DNA of 63,621 nt, filler included, from Olpidium bornovanus S191 (lineage: Eukaryota > Fungi > Olpidiomycota), in NCBI GenBank assembly GCA_017911155.1. It is 30 parts of 30 records of this genome, joined end to end, with 100 filler letters (N's around TTAATTAATTAA, not from the genome) between each part and the next. Parts side by side here need not be neighbours in the genome. Positions count along the whole stretch, not along the records: positions 61,052 to 62,350 come from JAEFCI010010463.1; positions 62,451 to 63,621 come from JAEFCI010012141.1; 28 more parts are not named here. One strand, given 5' to 3'. Shown in pieces: positions 61,124 through 63,621 of this stretch; position 1 is the stretch's first letter; each line of letters begins with the position of its first letter. The notes beneath the pieces were generated by a model. That model searched no databases. It saw only the letters and a list, made by a program, of their open reading frames with translations, and was not told where the DNA came from. Position numbers and translations under genes: made by a program.

Positions 61124-62582
61124 ACCGCCCGCGCAAAGCGAACGCAATCCTTTTTTTCACGGTTTATTACTCACATTTCATATACATCCGTACGTACACC
61201 CAAGTCATATAATTTACAGGCTGCGTACGTATCGCTGAACACACACACACTCACACAGGCACGCACGCACGCACCCCAGCTCGGATCGCCTCCCAGGTTT
61301 TTTTTTGTTAATTTCCGTGATCCCGGGCGCCTTGAAAGCAGTCCCCCCCCCCTTCCAAAACAAAAACCGAAAAACCTCCGTTCACCGAGCGGCCAGCCCG
61401 CGTTCAGTCCCTCCGGCGCGGGCCGGGACGGAAGAGGCGGATGCCGACGGGCGTTTCCGGAAAGTCCGCAAGAGCTCTTTCTCTCTCGCTCGCTCTCTCT
61501 CCGCTCCGGGCTTTCTTCTTTTTGCGAGTCGGGGAGATCGAGTTCGCGTTTCCCGAGCAGAGAGTTATACTTCCACCTCCGCCGCCACCAAGCCAACCCG
61601 CGAACAGCGCCGCTCTTTTTTTTTGTTTGTTTTTTTTTTTTTGGTGCGTGAACTTCCCGTTCGACGCGTAAAAATCCTCGCGATCGCCGCCCCGGGGGGC
61701 AGGAAGATGAAGGACGCCGGGCGCTCCCGAAACGGCGACGTCATTTTTTTTTTGTTTTTTTTTTTTTGTTTTTTACCCTGCCTCGCTTTTTTTTTTCCCC
61801 GGTCGTTTTTTTCCCTCGGGAACCGCGTACTTTCGGCGAGCGCCCGGGGGGAAAACGGGGCGGAAGGCGGTTTCTCGCTTTTGGTAGAAAAAAAAAGAAA
61901 AGGAGAGAAAAGATCGGACCGGCCGGTGGCGACGGGGCGGACGGTTCCCCGCCGGTGCACCGGGCGCTTCAGGTCTCCGCGGAAGGAGGGGCGGGGGCAG
62001 TTTTTTTATTTTATTTTTTTTTTCCCCCACCCTTTTGACGGCCGCTGCCGCGCGTACTGCCGCGGGAATTCGGCCGGGGGGGCCCGCTGCCGCGGAAGAC
62101 GGCGCGGTTCCCGCCGCGACAAGGTTCGAAGCGCGTTTCCGGAACGGAAAGACGCGTTTTACGGGAGTCTTCTTGCTTTTTTTTTTTTGAAAATGTTTTA
62201 TTTTGAAATTTGGGCGGGGGTTTTTTTTTGGGGGGGGGGGAGTAGTTGGCTTTTAGTGTCGTGCACCATATGAGGAGAGGGGAGGAAATTTAGCATAGTT
62301 GTGCATATGCAATTTTTGGCGAAGAATCTGTTCAAGGTTAGACTGGTAAANNNNNNNNNNNNNNNNNNNNNNNNNNNNNNNNNNNNNNNNNNNNTTAATT
62401 AATTAANNNNNNNNNNNNNNNNNNNNNNNNNNNNNNNNNNNNNNNNNNNNCAGCACCCGATAATGACGGTGAGCATGTCAAGCTCTGATCGACCAAACGC
62501 CCCGCTCCCAAAACGACGGCGCGGCGCGCCCCGTGACTGTGCTCGCTGCCGCCTTCCGTGTGCCCCCCCCCCCCCCCCCCCC

Positions 62583-62678
62583 GCAAGCCGATCCGATAAA
62601 AACGTGGTTGTTTCCCCACTGACGCCCCCCCCCCCGCAAGCCGATCCGAAAAAAACGTGGTCGTTTCCCCGCTGACGC
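62583..62678. repeat. 53-bp-period tandem duplication (43-bp unit plus C-run) just upstream of the SKT5 exon
   Basis: GCAAGCCGATCCGA(T/A)AAAAACGTGGT(T/C)GTTTCCCC(A/G)CTGACGC at 62583 and 62636, each preceded by poly(C). Confidence 0.92.
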
Positions 62679-62711
62679 ATATCCGTGTCCGCCGAAACCA
62701 CCCACCGGCAG

Positions 62712-63122
62712 GACATGTCCGGTCCCTCGAGGGCGGTTTCGTACATGTCCGCCGCCTCGGCGCTGCCTCTGCCCGAGCCGCAACCTTCGGCGGCCGCGCA
62801 GGCCACGCAGGAGTCCATAGAGGAGCACCGGAAGGCCGCGAAACAGTCGAACGATCCCCTTCTCCAGTTCGAATTTGCAAAGTTCCTGATCGAGGTCGCC
62901 GCCACCGCGCCGGACTCCGTGCCGGATGACCCGAAAGCGAGCAGGAAGTACAAGGAGGGCCTTTTGAGCGAGGGGCTGAAGTGGATAAAGCGGCTTGCCA
63001 GCCAGGTGCGCCAAGTTTTTTAAAAAATTTTCTTCCAGATGCGCCTGCCATGTACGAGCGCAAATTCACTAATCACTCGACGTTCGGCCTGTTTTGTTTA
63101 CCATAAATTCGGCCTCTTCGGC

Positions 63123-63160
<38 letters not shown>

Positions 63161-63431
63161 AATCGGCCTCGGCAGAACCGCGTATCCGGAAGCACAGTTC
63201 TTCCTGGCCAATTGCTACGGCAACGGCTCATTAGGGTTGCCGGTCGACCACGACAAGGCCTTCACCTTGTACGTTCAGGCGTCAAAGCAGAGCCACGCTT
63301 CCGCCACGTACCGGACAGCGGTCTGCTACGAATTGGGTGCCGGAACGAAGCGGGACCACGCCCGAGCAGTTCAGTTTTACCGAAAAGCTGCCGCGCTCGG
63401 GGACACCGCGGCGATGTACAAATTTGGGATG
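62712..63431 (+). CDS. SKT5: Chitin synthase regulatory factor Skt5/Chs4 (SEL1-like repeats), 3'-partial
   Basis: RKAAKQSNDPLLQFEFAKFLIE...EGLKWIKRLAS / YPEAQFFLANCYGNGSLGL..DHDKAFTLYVQASKQSHASATYRTAVCYELGAGTKRD..RAVQFYRKAAALGDTAAMYKFGM. Confidence 0.94.
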
Positions 63432-63621
63432 GTATGTGTTTTTGAAAGACCGGGGGGTTTGGCACGGCCCCGGCCCCTCCCCCTTCGCCCCCCACCTCGT
63501 TAATGCACTCTCACACACCGAGATTTGGCCCCGGTTTGCTGCCGAAACGCTCCGCGCGCGGGATCGACGTCCGCCCGTTTTTTTCTCCCTTCCCCCCCCC
63601 CCCCCCCCCCGCCCGCGCCTC

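Overview
This is not one contiguous locus. It is about 30 short (1-4.5 kb) genomic contigs joined by an artificial 100-nt linker (44 N + TTAATTAATTAA + 44 N, stops in all six frames), so adjacency across a linker has no biological meaning. The DNA is GC-rich, intron-dense and eukaryotic. Chitin-synthase regulator Skt5/Chs4, a fungal-type IQGAP tail and a Vhc1-type SLC12 occur with flagellar genes (IFT57, ERICH3-like), which points to a zoosporic early-diverging fungus (chytrid- or Olpidium-like; inference). Mostly partial genes recognised: SLC12/VHC1, BDF1, MRPL25 (mL59), REI1, SIS1-type DnaJ, TMEM164, ERICH3-like, TRM3/TARBP1, DESI1, IQG1, IFT57, RPA43, AMD1, RCM1/NSUN5, APM3 and SKT5, plus several orphans. 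Mobile DNA includes a decayed chromovirus (Ty3/gypsy) integrase-chromodomain, a possible gag remnant and LTR, and a 176-bp pogo/Tigger-like MITE. The three observations most worth follow-up are: (1) a gene joining an atypical homeodomain (G50/R51) to a PNUTS-type TFIIS-N domain, the architecture of plant LUMINIDEPENDENS; (2) 17 of 58 contig ends falling at or within 2 nt of a genomic CATG; (3) unusual splicing features (GC-AG intron, 10-nt microexon, duplicated acceptors, degenerate donors, homopolymer-filled introns). No rRNA, tRNA or CRISPR array was seen. All homology calls are by eye; no database search was run.
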